DNA of 63,946 nt, counting the filler, from an uncultured Methanoregulaceae archaeon (lineage in GTDB: Archaea > Halobacteriota > Methanomicrobia > Methanomicrobiales > Methanospirillaceae): assembly GCA_964530035.1 (NCBI GenBank). It is 4 parts of 4 records of this genome, joined end to end, with 100 filler letters (N's around TTAATTAATTAA, not from the genome) between each part and the next. Parts side by side here need not be neighbours in the genome. Positions count along the whole stretch, not along the records: positions 18,376 to 36,105 come from CAZGXZ010000034.1; positions 36,206 to 53,194 come from CAZGXZ010000036.1; 2 more parts are not named here. One strand, given 5' to 3'. Below are positions 28,133 through 38,161 of the stretch, one piece after another (positions within the stretch are counted from its first letter, which is position 1; each line of letters starts with the position of its first letter). A program made the position numbers and the translations under genes. The notes beneath the pieces were generated by a model, which did not search any database, was not told the origin of the DNA, and was given only the letters and a program-made list of their open reading frames with translations.

Positions 28133-29860
28133 ATGGATACCTACCCCCATCTGGTGTCATTCTTCATTGAGAACCTTCAGAACATTGCCATCCTGGTTTT
28201 AATCATTTTTTGCTACAACTTCATCCCTGACCGTTTCTTCCTGGGAAAGAAGACCGCCTACCGGATTCTTGTCGGGGTCCTCTTCAGTATGGCCGCCATC
28301 ATTACTTTCCTCCTCCCGTCGGTCACGGGCAGCGGGGCACCGCCCGGCCCTTCGGGGCTCGGGATCAATAGCATCCTCATCCCTGTTGCCGGGTATGTAG
28401 GGGGCATTCTCTCGGCCGGGATTGCGGCGTTTATCATCATCGGGGTCGGTTACTTCCAGGGGAAGGTACTGATGCCCCCTGACATCGTCATGGTAGCAGG
28501 AACCTTCGTCGTGCTGTTCTTCCTCCGTCTCTCACCGCAGGAACATCTTTCCAAGGTGGATTCCCTCAAAAAAATCCTTCTTTTTTCCCTGGTCATCGCG
28601 GGTCTCACCGTCATCTCCATCCTCGTCACGATGCCCATCGGTCTCATGATGGAACCCGGCAGGCTCCTGGACGAGGCAGCTGTCTTCGTGGCGGCTTTCC
28701 TGGAGGTCCTGGTCATCCTGGCGGTCATCAAATCGATAGACAGGAAGAAGGAAAGCGAGTTCGAGCTGCTCGCCTACAAAGACCACCTCGAGGCCCTGGT
28801 CCAGGAGCGGACCTCCGATCTTGAACGGGCGAACCTCCTCATGGACGCCACCATCAACTCCACGGACGACGGCATCCTCGTGGTCGATTTTGAAGGAAAT
28901 ATCAGGGACTATAACACCACCGCGGCAGAGATCCTTGCAATCCCGAAAAAGGGTACCACTGTGCCGGAAGGACTGAACCTCCTTGTCCTCATCAAGAACC
29001 AGATCACCGAGCAGGAACTCCTGGAACATCCGTACACCCGGACACCCCCTGAACTCGAGAGGATCCTTACCACCACGTTTTCATTCCGGTCCGGCAGGAC
29101 CTACGAGGTCCACATCACCCCGTACCGGCTCAGGGACGAGGTCATCGGCAGGGTCGTGAACTTCAGGGACATTACCGAAAAGAAACAGAATGAAGAGACC
29201 CTGAAACGGTACAACCAGAAACTTCTCCTCCTGTCGGGAGTCACACGGCATGACATCCTCAACCAGCTGACCGCCCTCTCCCTCTACCTCGACCTGGCAA
29301 GGGAGGAGACTCCTGACAGGTTCCTGGCTGAAAACCTGGATAAAATGGAACATATCGTCAAGGTCATCAAGGGCCACGCCGAGTTCACGAGGGACTACCA
29401 GGATATCGGCCTTAAGGACCCGGTGTGGCTCAGCCCTGAGGCCGCCTTCAGGAGGGCGTATGAGCAGTTCCCTGACAGGGGGATAGCTTTTTCATCGAAG
29501 GCTGGAGAGATTGAGATCTTTTCCGACCCTCTCCTCGGACGGGTCTTTTACAACCTCATCGACAACTCGATCCGCCACGGCGAACATGTCACCTCGGTTC
29601 GGCTCAGCCTTGCCGGTGGCGGGGAGGAAATGGCGCTTGTGTACGAGGACGACGGGGCAGGTATTGCCCCTGAAGACAAGGAACGGATCTTCGAACGCGG
29701 GGTCGGCAAACATACCGGCCTCGGCATGTTCCTTATCAGGGAGATCCTCTCGATTACCGGGATTACCATCAAAGAAACAGGCACACCCGGAAAGGGGGCC
29801 AGGTTCGAGATCTGCCTTCCGCCCGGGACATATCGGCAGATGACAGATCTTCCAGGATAA
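28133..29860 (+). CDS. Membrane sensor histidine kinase (5TM-LytS-like input, PAS, HisKA-like, HATPase)
   Basis: Multiple TM helices, LEALVQERT coil, PAS, TRHDILNQL, YNLIDNSIRHG, GLGMFL. Confidence 0.92.
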   Translation: MDTYPHLVSFFIENLQNIAILVLIIFCYNFIPDRFFLGKKTAYRILVGVLFSMAAIITFLLPSVTGSGAPPGPSGLGINSILIPVAGYVGGILSAGIAAFIIIGVGYFQGKVLMPPDIVMVAGTFVVLFFLRLSPQEHLSKVDSLKKILLFSLVIAGLTVISILVTMPIGLMMEPGRLLDEAAVFVAAFLEVLVILAVIKSIDRKKESEFELLAYKDHLEALVQERTSDLERANLLMDATINSTDDGILVVDFEGNIRDYNTTAAEILAIPKKGTTVPEGLNLLVLIKNQITEQELLEHPYTRTPPELERILTTTFSFRSGRTYEVHITPYRLRDEVIGRVVNFRDITEKKQNEETLKRYNQKLLLLSGVTRHDILNQLTALSLYLDLAREETPDRFLAENLDKMEHIVKVIKGHAEFTRDYQDIGLKDPVWLSPEAAFRRAYEQFPDRGIAFSSKAGEIEIFSDPLLGRVFYNLIDNSIRHGEHVTSVRLSLAGGGEEMALVYEDDGAGIAPEDKERIFERGVGKHTGLGMFLIREILSITGITIKETGTPGKGARFEICLPPGTYRQMTDLPG

Positions 29861-30184
29861 GCAAAGACTTCCAGGTATCGTCATCCAGGTCTCGCGTACC
29901 ATCCTCTCATCCCTGCTATTGCAGGATCACCATATTATCCGCGTCCCCTGGTAGATTCAGGGCATCACGCGGAGTTTCAGGACGTATAGCAGGTCCAAGG
30001 CAGGGGATGACACGGAACGGCGGTACTCCGGGAACACATGAATCGAGGGTGCAGCCTGACAATTCCGGAAAATGATTGGACCCAGGGAAAATCCCTGCGA
30101 TGATGGCAGAAAGGTCATAACGAAATAGGCAGAGAGAACACCAGTGATACAGACCCGGTCAGGCCGGGGCAGGGAGAACCAGGA

Positions 30185-32164
30185 TTGTTCTGTCCCGTAT
30201 GCGGCACGGAAACCCCGGAAAATGCAAATTACTGCCATTATTGCGGAGCGGCAACAGGCCCCGCCGAGCCTGCTCACCGTGACTCCCCGGGCCATCCTGA
30301 CGCGAAAACAAAGAGCGATGCCCTGTATGCCGAGGGGGTGGAGCTTGTCCGGAAACGTCACCTCTCCGGGGCGATGGAGCGGTTCGACGAAGTCCTCCTC
30401 CTGGACCCCGGAAATGCCCCGGCTTGGAATGCGAAGGCCGTTGTCCTCGACCTCCAGGGGGACACCCTCCATGCATTCCAGTGTGTCGAGAACGCGATCA
30501 GGATCTCCCCGGATAACCGGAAATACCGGGCTAATCACCTGGCTCTCGAAAAAAAGATCCAGCAGGGCGGCGGTTACAGACCCGGGCCTCCACGCGACGC
30601 GGACCGGTACCGGCACGATGATTTTCCCAGGACGGTTCCTCATGGCAGGGACTCCCGCGAGGGCGGGTCAGGAGGACGACTCCTGAAGGTGGTCATTGCC
30701 ATAGGTTTCATCCTTCTCCTGCTCGGTTCCGTATCCCTCGTATTCCTGCCGCACCCACCCGGGGAACCATCTGCCGGCATACCACCCGCAGGACAGGAAA
30801 CGATCAGGCCGGCTGGTACGACGGTTGCAACCCCTGCACCGGGTCATGTATCGATACCTGAAAACAGGGTAACCGTTCTAACAACGACGCAGAAGCCGGC
30901 CCTTGCCACCGAGGAGGGTGGCATCAGGCGGGAGTTTGAATACGTCCTGAGGGGAAAAAAGGACACGGTACCGTTCTCCCTCGACAACAAAACCTATCTC
31001 TCCCTGAAATCGCTCGACCCCTACATCTATGTGGGCGAGGAAAACGGTTTTAACAAGTTCATTGGCAACCCCGAACAGGACACGGCACTCAAACCAATCG
31101 TCGCGGCCATCCGGAACAAGACCCCGGTCAGGGACGACCAGGCGAGGATTGCCATCAGCCTTGTTCAGAACATTCCGTACGACTATGACCTCCTCGAGTC
31201 GAAATCCCCGAGGGTCCGCTACCCCTACCTGGTCCTTTTCAACAACAGGGGTATCTGCTCGGAAAAATCACTCCTGGCTGCATACCTCTTAAAGGAACTG
31301 GGGTACGGTGTCGTGCTCTTCCGCTTCGACCAGGAGAGCCATATGGCGGTCGGGGTCCGGTCACCCGGGGAATATTCGTATAGAGGCACGGGGTACGCCT
31401 TTGTCGAGACGACCACACCCACGATCCTCACCGATGACCAGGAGGATTACATAGGAGCGGGACGGCTGACCTCCATGCCCGAGGTGGTCTTGATATCAGA
31501 CGGACAGTCGTTTTCCAGTATCTCCGAGGAGTTCCGCGACAGGAATGAGTGGATCGCGATCATGGAGAAATCGAAAACGAACAACAACTCCCTTGACCCG
31601 GCCTCGTATACGTCATGGAAACGGCTTGTCGCACAGTACGGGATACAGGTCGGAAGGTCGCGGGACCAGAACACACCGCTCGTGGATGTCGAGGACAGCT
31701 CCGTGACCAGTTCGTCCACGGGTGACGGCGACCGGGACGATGCGCTGTTTGTCAACGCCGCTGACAGGGAGTTCATCGACCGGGTGTTCGGGAAAACGGA
31801 CAACGGGCATATCAGTACCATAAGCCATGACTACTCCTGGGCCCTCGAAACCCTCCGGAACAGGAACTACGACCAGGCAAAAGTGTTTCTCGACAAGCTC
31901 GACGAGGACTGTGAAGAGGCGGTGAAGACCGGTTCGCTCGGAGTGAGTCCCGGCCTCGCCAGTCAGCGGGACGAGTTCGTCTCTGCCGTGCGGACCATCA
32001 GGAAGGGTTCTTCCGACCTCTACAAGGCGGTGAACGCGTACAGCTACGGGTCTGACTCGGACGAGTACTTTTCATCGGCCCGGACAGAGCTCTCCGACGG
32101 TTTTTCCCGCCTGAACGACTTCATCCTGGAAATGGACAGGAGAGGGTATGTCAGGCTGGCCTGA
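30185..32164 (+). CDS. Zinc-ribbon/TPR/TM protein with a transglutaminase-like domain
   Basis: CPVC..CHYC, TPR, TM helix, ISLVQNIPY, GICSEKS, HMAVG, YAFVETT (Cys-His-acid triad). Confidence 0.8.
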   Translation: MFCPVCGTETPENANYCHYCGAATGPAEPAHRDSPGHPDAKTKSDALYAEGVELVRKRHLSGAMERFDEVLLLDPGNAPAWNAKAVVLDLQGDTLHAFQCVENAIRISPDNRKYRANHLALEKKIQQGGGYRPGPPRDADRYRHDDFPRTVPHGRDSREGGSGGRLLKVVIAIGFILLLLGSVSLVFLPHPPGEPSAGIPPAGQETIRPAGTTVATPAPGHVSIPENRVTVLTTTQKPALATEEGGIRREFEYVLRGKKDTVPFSLDNKTYLSLKSLDPYIYVGEENGFNKFIGNPEQDTALKPIVAAIRNKTPVRDDQARIAISLVQNIPYDYDLLESKSPRVRYPYLVLFNNRGICSEKSLLAAYLLKELGYGVVLFRFDQESHMAVGVRSPGEYSYRGTGYAFVETTTPTILTDDQEDYIGAGRLTSMPEVVLISDGQSFSSISEEFRDRNEWIAIMEKSKTNNNSLDPASYTSWKRLVAQYGIQVGRSRDQNTPLVDVEDSSVTSSSTGDGDRDDALFVNAADREFIDRVFGKTDNGHISTISHDYSWALETLRNRNYDQAKVFLDKLDEDCEEAVKTGSLGVSPGLASQRDEFVSAVRTIRKGSSDLYKAVNAYSYGSDSDEYFSSARTELSDGFSRLNDFILEMDRRGYVRLA

Positions 32165-32276
32165 TGGCGGCAGAAGATAACTGTGCGTTGAAAATGGTGT
32201 GATGGCTCTATCCTTCGCACCGGACCTGTATTCCCTGTATGGGGGACCCGTCCGGTCGTTGCAGGGAGGAGATCAC

Positions 32277-32570
32277 CTAACTCTTTTCAGCATTGTAGTA
32301 CTGGCATTTGGGAGCATCGTTCCCGAAATAACCGATGCACTTGTCGCGGTGTTCCGCCGTGCACTGGTTCCTGCAGAAGTCGTTGAGAAATTTTGACGAA
32401 ATAAACGCCATCGCGTTGCAGAGGATGCTCCTCGCATTCGCCAGCTCGACATAATCGGTGTCCGAAAGGTTTTCCTTGTTCGAGATCTTCACGCACAGGC
32501 GGTGCACGACCGCTGCATGATCCTCGAGATCAATCATCAGCTCTTCAATCGACTGTTCCTCAGTTTTCAT
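32277..32570 (-). CDS. Hypothetical protein (Cys-rich C-terminus)
   Basis: Plausible SD and codon usage; no recognised motif. Confidence 0.5.
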   Translation of the reverse strand: MKTEEQSIEELMIDLEDHAAVVHRLCVKISNKENLSDTDYVELANARSILCNAMAFISSKFLNDFCRNQCTAEHRDKCIGYFGNDAPKCQYYNAEKS

Positions 32571-32928
32571 GTGTCAACCCACCAGACAGGTTCCGGCTGG
32601 CCTTTCCCCGACCGCTCATGGCAGCACACCTTTGAAGGGAAGTGCAGGCCGGATATCTTGAGATGCGGGCACAGGCTGGCCGGTACCGGAGCGTTGTCCA
32701 GGGGCCGCCCGGGAAAACCCGGCTTGATGACGAATACCCCTTCATGGACCAGGACTCCCTGGAGGAGGTTGTACGGTCCGCGGGAACCTGACCCGTGCCC
32801 TGATGAGAACCCTATACGAAGAAACGATACACCGCTACAAATATTTTGCCTTTTTCATGTCCTCATGAACACAGCCCGGGCCTGACCCCGGGCAGGGAAC
32901 GTGCTGCCGGTTACCGGTCCAAAAAGGG

Positions 32929-33330
32929 TTATCCAAGTACCGCAACCGACGGCTGTGCGGAAGCGTAGGAACCGACCTCGCGGCCCTGTTCAAGGCAGGA
33001 GGCAATTTTCTGGCATTTTTCGCTCTCCTTTCCCCGCCCTGACTGGCGGAGGGCTATGCCCCGGTTGTACCATGCCTCGGCATGGAACGGGTCGATCTGG
33101 ATCGCCTTTTCATAACATGCCAGCGCCTCGGTGACCCGGTTGAGTCCTTCGAGGGCCACTCCCTTGCTGTTCCAGAAGCAGGCAAAGTCCGGCACCGCCT
33201 GGATCAGCTGGTCATAACATCCTATTGCCTGCTGGAAATGTCCCTTGCCCGTCAGTTCATTCGCCTGGTGGAGCGTGAAGTCAGCTCCTGGCGGCATTAC
33301 ATGCATTGTTGCATTCCTGTCAATGGTCAT
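32929..33330 (-). CDS. Small TPR protein (paralog of 62867-63274)
   Basis: TPR motifs WNSKGVAL, AEAWYNRG; shared IASCLEQGR; SD before ATG 33330. Confidence 0.85.
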   Translation of the reverse strand: MTIDRNATMHVMPPGADFTLHQANELTGKGHFQQAIGCYDQLIQAVPDFACFWNSKGVALEGLNRVTEALACYEKAIQIDPFHAEAWYNRGIALRQSGRGKESEKCQKIASCLEQGREVGSYASAQPSVAVLG

Positions 33331-33734
33331 TGTCCTTACCCCCCATGCAGGGGCTACATTCAAAGCCCCCGTGATAACCCTGTGAAGGCACTCCTTCAAA
33401 GGACAGGTTACCGGTTATCTCCCCGTATTATAGTTATTTGCACAGCAGGTCTGCACGGCGGCTATGCCCGGCATAAGGCAGGGAAGGTGGGATTTGCTGG
33501 TCCGGCATGACCGTATGGTAAAAAAATCCCTCCCCGGAGGAAAAAAGCCGGGAGAGGGGAGCAGGCCATATGACGGAGTTACCATGAGCCTCAAGGAAAA
33601 GAAGTCCTTTTGGGCCCCGCCGGACGCGGGTTACCGGAACGTCCAGCCCGCTCGCTGATGACCGGTTTAGGAGATTTCGAAAGCATTAACCCGCTGACGC
33701 CGATAGTATGTTTCCTTATAGTGGCGTGAATGAC

Positions 33735-35120
33735 ATGAACGCACCTCGACGGATCGTACTGACGGGATTCCTGGTAATCCTCATTATCGTGGGTATTGCG
33801 GCCGCATCAGGTCCAGGTACTTCCATGACCGGTACCGCTGAAACCCCGGTCATCGGACCCGGGGATGACCTGGACATGATTCCAGGAGATACTGCCGGCC
33901 TGCAAAAAGAGGAGGAGGCGGTTTCCCAGCAGAAGAACTCCTGGAAGGGCCAGCCGACGATAATCACGAACACCGGGTCGATGAAATACCGGACACGGCT
34001 TGTGCTCCTTGGTACAACAGGAGGTATCGCCTACTGGCCGGCGACCACGCGTGCGACTTCATCATCTGCCATAGTGGTGGGAGACACCATCTACATTATC
34101 GATATGGGCCAGGGGTCCACCTACCGGCTGTCCGAGGCATTCAACACGGGGACGTTCGTGAACACCCCGGGTGGAAAAATCGAGGACGGATCACCCACGT
34201 TCCTGAAAAACGTCAAGGCACTCTTCCTGACGCACCTCCACCAGGACCATACCGCGGATTACCCGAACTTCCTCATGAACGGTCCCGGCGCGAACCTTGG
34301 ATGGACCGTTGACCCCAATACGGGACAGGTGAAGTACGTCCCGCTGCAGGTCTTCGGGCCTCCGAACCGGGGCCAGTTGGAGGACGACAAGACCAACTAC
34401 ACCGGGACCATCGTCTACACCGATAGTTCCGACCCGGAACTCATCACCGCCACGCCCGGGACCAGGCAGATGACCGCCCTCATCATGCAGGCCTTCGCCC
34501 AGACCGTCAACGACATGACGCTTGACAACGGCTACCCTGATTTCACGAAGGTCGTAAAAGTCACGGAGATCGGCGGGACACAACCCGGGGACATCCCGCT
34601 GCCGGTCCCGGTCCCTGACCCTGACAACGACACCTGCCCGGCCATGGACCCGTTCGAGGTGTACCGCGATGACCTGGTAAGGGTCACCTGCACCCTGGTC
34701 GACCACCACCAGGTGTTCCCGGCCTTTGCCTACCGGTTCGACACGGCCGACGGGTCGGTCACGTTCTCCGGCGATACCGGGAAAAACACGAAAGGAAACC
34801 TCCAGAAGCTGGCAAACGGCTCTGACGTCCTTGTCCACGAGGTCATCGACCGGGCATGGATTAACAAGAAGTTCGGTAACCCGGCGAACGGGACCCGGAT
34901 GTATGCCTTAAAGGAACATATGCTCAACTCGCATACGACCATCGATGAAGTCGGACAGGTCGCCACCGACTGCAATGTGAACACCCTCGTCCTGTACCAT
35001 CTCGTCCCGGGGAACACACCGAACGGACACCTGATCGAGGCGAAGAGGAACCTGACCGGGAAGCTGATCATCGGCCAGGACCTGATGCAGATCGGTATCG
35101 GAAGGCCGAAACAGGGCTGA
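33735..35120 (+). CDS. Secreted MBL-fold metallohydrolase (RNase Z/arylsulfatase-like)
   Basis: LLGTTGG, IDMG, THLHQDH, VDHH, FSGDT, VLVHE, SHT, LYHLVP; N-terminal signal peptide. Confidence 0.88.
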   Translation: MNAPRRIVLTGFLVILIIVGIAAASGPGTSMTGTAETPVIGPGDDLDMIPGDTAGLQKEEEAVSQQKNSWKGQPTIITNTGSMKYRTRLVLLGTTGGIAYWPATTRATSSSAIVVGDTIYIIDMGQGSTYRLSEAFNTGTFVNTPGGKIEDGSPTFLKNVKALFLTHLHQDHTADYPNFLMNGPGANLGWTVDPNTGQVKYVPLQVFGPPNRGQLEDDKTNYTGTIVYTDSSDPELITATPGTRQMTALIMQAFAQTVNDMTLDNGYPDFTKVVKVTEIGGTQPGDIPLPVPVPDPDNDTCPAMDPFEVYRDDLVRVTCTLVDHHQVFPAFAYRFDTADGSVTFSGDTGKNTKGNLQKLANGSDVLVHEVIDRAWINKKFGNPANGTRMYALKEHMLNSHTTIDEVGQVATDCNVNTLVLYHLVPGNTPNGHLIEAKRNLTGKLIIGQDLMQIGIGRPKQG

Positions 35121-35215
35121 ATATCATTAATAACGAAGAGGACCAGGAGGATTATCCCCTGTCCCCTGCCTGTTTTCTTCCGCAATGGAGGTTTTCTTCA
35201 TCTCACGCCGTTCAA

Positions 35216-35875
35216 TCAGGTCATTTCGAGGAGGAGGCGGGCCAGTTCCCCGGAATGGGTCGCCTGGCAGACATGGCCCGCCGGCAGGTCCAGGAGCGTC
35301 CACCTCTCCCGGTCCCTCTCAATTCTTTTCAGGGAAACCGTGATGAAACCGGCAAGCTCGCTTTTCATGCAGCGGATGAAGACCTTCTCCACAGGATGCA
35401 CCTTTTCCGGGTCGAACCAGAGTTTATCGACGTATGCCATGGCGGGTTCCAGGCCGGGAATGGATGCCAGGGGGTCCTGCCCGCTTTCAGCCAGAAGGTC
35501 GAAAAGCGACTGCCCGGGTTCCGGGACGGCTGCATCCAGGTATACCAGGCGGCGGATGGTCTCCGGAATGAGCGAGGCAACGCCGGTGATGACCATCCCT
35601 CCGTAGCTATGCCCCACCAGGGTGATGTCCCTGAGGGCGTGGGCGGCGATCATCAGGCAGACCTGTTCGATATGTCCGTGCAGGTTGCAGGTATGCTCGT
35701 CGATGAGGGTCGGGGCGAAGGTCCTGTGGCCGTTCGCCCGGAGCTCCCTGGTCACGTTTTCCCAGACCCTTCCCCCGAGCCGGCCGTTTGCTGTTTGGAC
35801 GGGAGCACCCCGGGACAGGCGGTTCCAGGTCTCAGTCGAGACATCCCCGCCGTGGACGAATACGAAGACAGTCAT
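35216..35875 (-). CDS. Alpha/beta hydrolase (esterase)
   Basis: FVHGG, GHSYGG nucleophile elbow, LVYLDA, C-terminal GH. Confidence 0.9.
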   Translation of the reverse strand: MTVFVFVHGGDVSTETWNRLSRGAPVQTANGRLGGRVWENVTRELRANGHRTFAPTLIDEHTCNLHGHIEQVCLMIAAHALRDITLVGHSYGGMVITGVASLIPETIRRLVYLDAAVPEPGQSLFDLLAESGQDPLASIPGLEPAMAYVDKLWFDPEKVHPVEKVFIRCMKSELAGFITVSLKRIERDRERWTLLDLPAGHVCQATHSGELARLLLEMT

Positions 35876-36079
35876 GTGAGATTCTCTTCAGGATTTGCCT
35901 TCACTATTGAAGGAGTTACGCAGTTGGTATATCATTCACCTGTCTGAAAGATACAAAACGGTGTATTCTTTTCTGGAGAAAATGATTCAGCATTATTTCT
36001 TCCATTCGAATAACATAATCCAGAAGAACCAAGAAGAGAATCATGCAACAACTGGTTTTGAATAAAAAAGGTCTTTTTA

Positions 36080-36105
36080 AGCCGTTGGAGGGAATTGAAC
36101 CCTCG
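36080..36105 (-). tRNA. 3' fragment of a tRNA (T-arm and acceptor; possibly Thr), cut by contig end
   Basis: Reverse complement CGAGGGTTCAATTCCCTCCAACGGCT: GAGGG/CCCTC T-stem with TTCAATT loop; anticodon not visible. Confidence 0.7.
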
Positions 36106-36205
36106 NNNNNNNNNNNNNNNNNNNNNNNNNNNNNNNNNNNNNNNNNNNNTTAATTAATTAANNNNNNNNNNNNNNNNNNNNNNNNNNNNNNNNNNNNNNN
36201 NNNNN
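36106..36205. other. Artificial contig spacer
   Basis: N-TTAATTAATTAA-N, 100 bp. Confidence 0.98.
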
Positions 36206-37260
36206 TGCCTGAGGACCCGCCCGATATCGGAAACCATCCGTTCCATCTCGGCAGGATCAAGGTAGTCGGCCCCTCGTCCGCCGGAATCCGCAGTCACGTC
36301 GTCTGAAAACATCGTCCCGGCGAGGTCGTTCGCACCGGAAAGGAGGGCCACCTGGGTCAGTTTTGTCCCGATTTTTCCCCACGCGACCTGGATATTCTCG
36401 ATATTGTCAAGATACAGCCGGGAGACCGCGGTGAGGAGGAGGTCCTCCCTCCCGGTAGCCCCGGCCCGGGAGATACCTTCCTTGTAAAGCCTGGTGTTCG
36501 CATGGACATAGGAAAGGAGGACGAGTTCGGTAAACCCGCGGGTTTTGTCCTGGACAGAGCGCAGGATATCTAGGTGTTCTGCCCTGTCACGCTCAGACTC
36601 GCATGACCCGTACATGATGGTTGCCGTTGTCGGGATCCCAAGGTTATGAGCCTCGGTGATGATCTTTACCCACTCGGCCGTCCCAATCTTCCTCGGGCAG
36701 ATGACCTTCCTTACATCGTCGACAAGGATCTCGGCAGCGGTGCCCTGGAGTGAGCCAAGACCTGCCGCCTTGAATTCCGAGAGGACATCCCTCGTGGAAA
36801 GCCCGCCCTTTTCAGCTGCATGGGCGACCTCGTCAGGCGAGAAGGCATGGATATGAACATGGGGGGCAATATCCCGGGCCAGGGATATGAACGAGAGGTA
36901 TGTATCGAGGGTAAAGTCAGGGTGAACGCCGGATAAAAGGCAGATCTCGGTCACTTCCCTCGATACAGCCCGACGGACCTTCTCACGGACAGTCGCCTCA
37001 TCGTCGCAGTACGCCCCCTCAGCGCCCTTGGGCCGCCCGAAGCCGCAGAATCCACAGACATTTTTACAAATATTGGTGATGTGGATGTTCTGGTTCCTCA
37101 CGTACGTGACGGTCTCACCTATGGTCGCCTCCCTCCTCTCATCAGCAGCTGCGAGCACCTGGAACAGGTCCCTACCGGTAACCTTCAGGAGATATGCCGC
37201 TTCACCGGGTGTCAGGCGGTGACCGCCGAGGGTATCTGACAGGAGTGTCCTGGTATCCAT
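36206..37260 (-). CDS. cofH: FO synthase subunit 2, radical SAM (3'-truncated)
   Basis: VTYVRNQNI..TNICKNVCGFC, GTAAEIL, TTATIMYG, GANDLAGT. Confidence 0.92.
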
Positions 37261-37266
37261 GCAGCT

Positions 37267-38010
37267 TTACCGTCTTCCTTTTTTTGACTCATCTTTCTGC
37301 TCTTTTCGCCTCCCGGAATACCATTCCCAGGCGAACATCGCAATAATGATGATGATTGCTACCGGGACGATGTTGAGCGGGATCAGACCTACCAGGGGTA
37401 TGGCGAAGAGCGCCTTTCCAACGATCCATTCCTTTTTAACCGGCTCAAGCGGGCCAAGGCCGCGGTAATCGGTATACCAGGCGAGCTGATCGGGGACAGG
37501 ATTGTTGTCACCCCAGGTTATGTAGCCCTCGTGCGGGGCGATATACTCCTGGCCGTTCTTGTCCACGAATGCCTTTCCCTTGATCTCCCCGACCGGACCC
37601 GGTCCGGTATATTGAATGGCACGGTGTATTATTGGGTGGACACCGCGCGACAAGAGCGGTATGGGGAACCCGGCCGATGCCCCGTTCGGCTGGTAGATGA
37701 TGACATCGCCATAGTCTCCGTATTTCATGTAACTGGTGTTCTTTCCTTCCTGCCAGGACTGGAGCGTGCCGAAACGGTCAGGGGCAACGACGACGACCAG
37801 GTCACCGATGTTCATATTCGGTACCATGCTTTCCGATTCAATGGTCACGATAGCCGGCCATGCTCCGCAGACAAGGTACAGACCAAGAGCAATACCGCCG
37901 ACGACAAGGGCTACGATAAGGAGTTCCCTTGCGAGTGCCACGGCCCAATGACGGCTTTTATCCTCTTTTGAGGAAAAATTACTGCTTTTTTCTTCTTTTT
38001 CCGGAGCCAT
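37267..38010 (-). CDS. Signal peptidase I (S26, Sec11-type)
   Basis: TM helix, IESESMVP, GDVIIY, PIIHRA, TWGDNN; likely start ATG 38010. Confidence 0.9.
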   Translation of the reverse strand: MAPEKEEKSSNFSSKEDKSRHWAVALARELLIVALVVGGIALGLYLVCGAWPAIVTIESESMVPNMNIGDLVVVVAPDRFGTLQSWQEGKNTSYMKYGDYGDVIIYQPNGASAGFPIPLLSRGVHPIIHRAIQYTGPGPVGEIKGKAFVDKNGQEYIAPHEGYITWGDNNPVPDQLAWYTDYRGLGPLEPVKKEWIVGKALFAIPLVGLIPLNIVPVAIIIIIAMFAWEWYSGRRKEQKDESKKGRR

Positions 38011-38161
38011 TACCTTCCGGTATAGGTCTTTTCCTCCGGTTATATACTTCTTGATACTTTCCCTCATCCGGAACCAGGCAGGACGCTCCCGTGAGTGACG
38101 ATATCCCCCTCCCTTGCAGCGGAGCCATACTCTAAACGATCGGAAAACGTAATACTGTACC

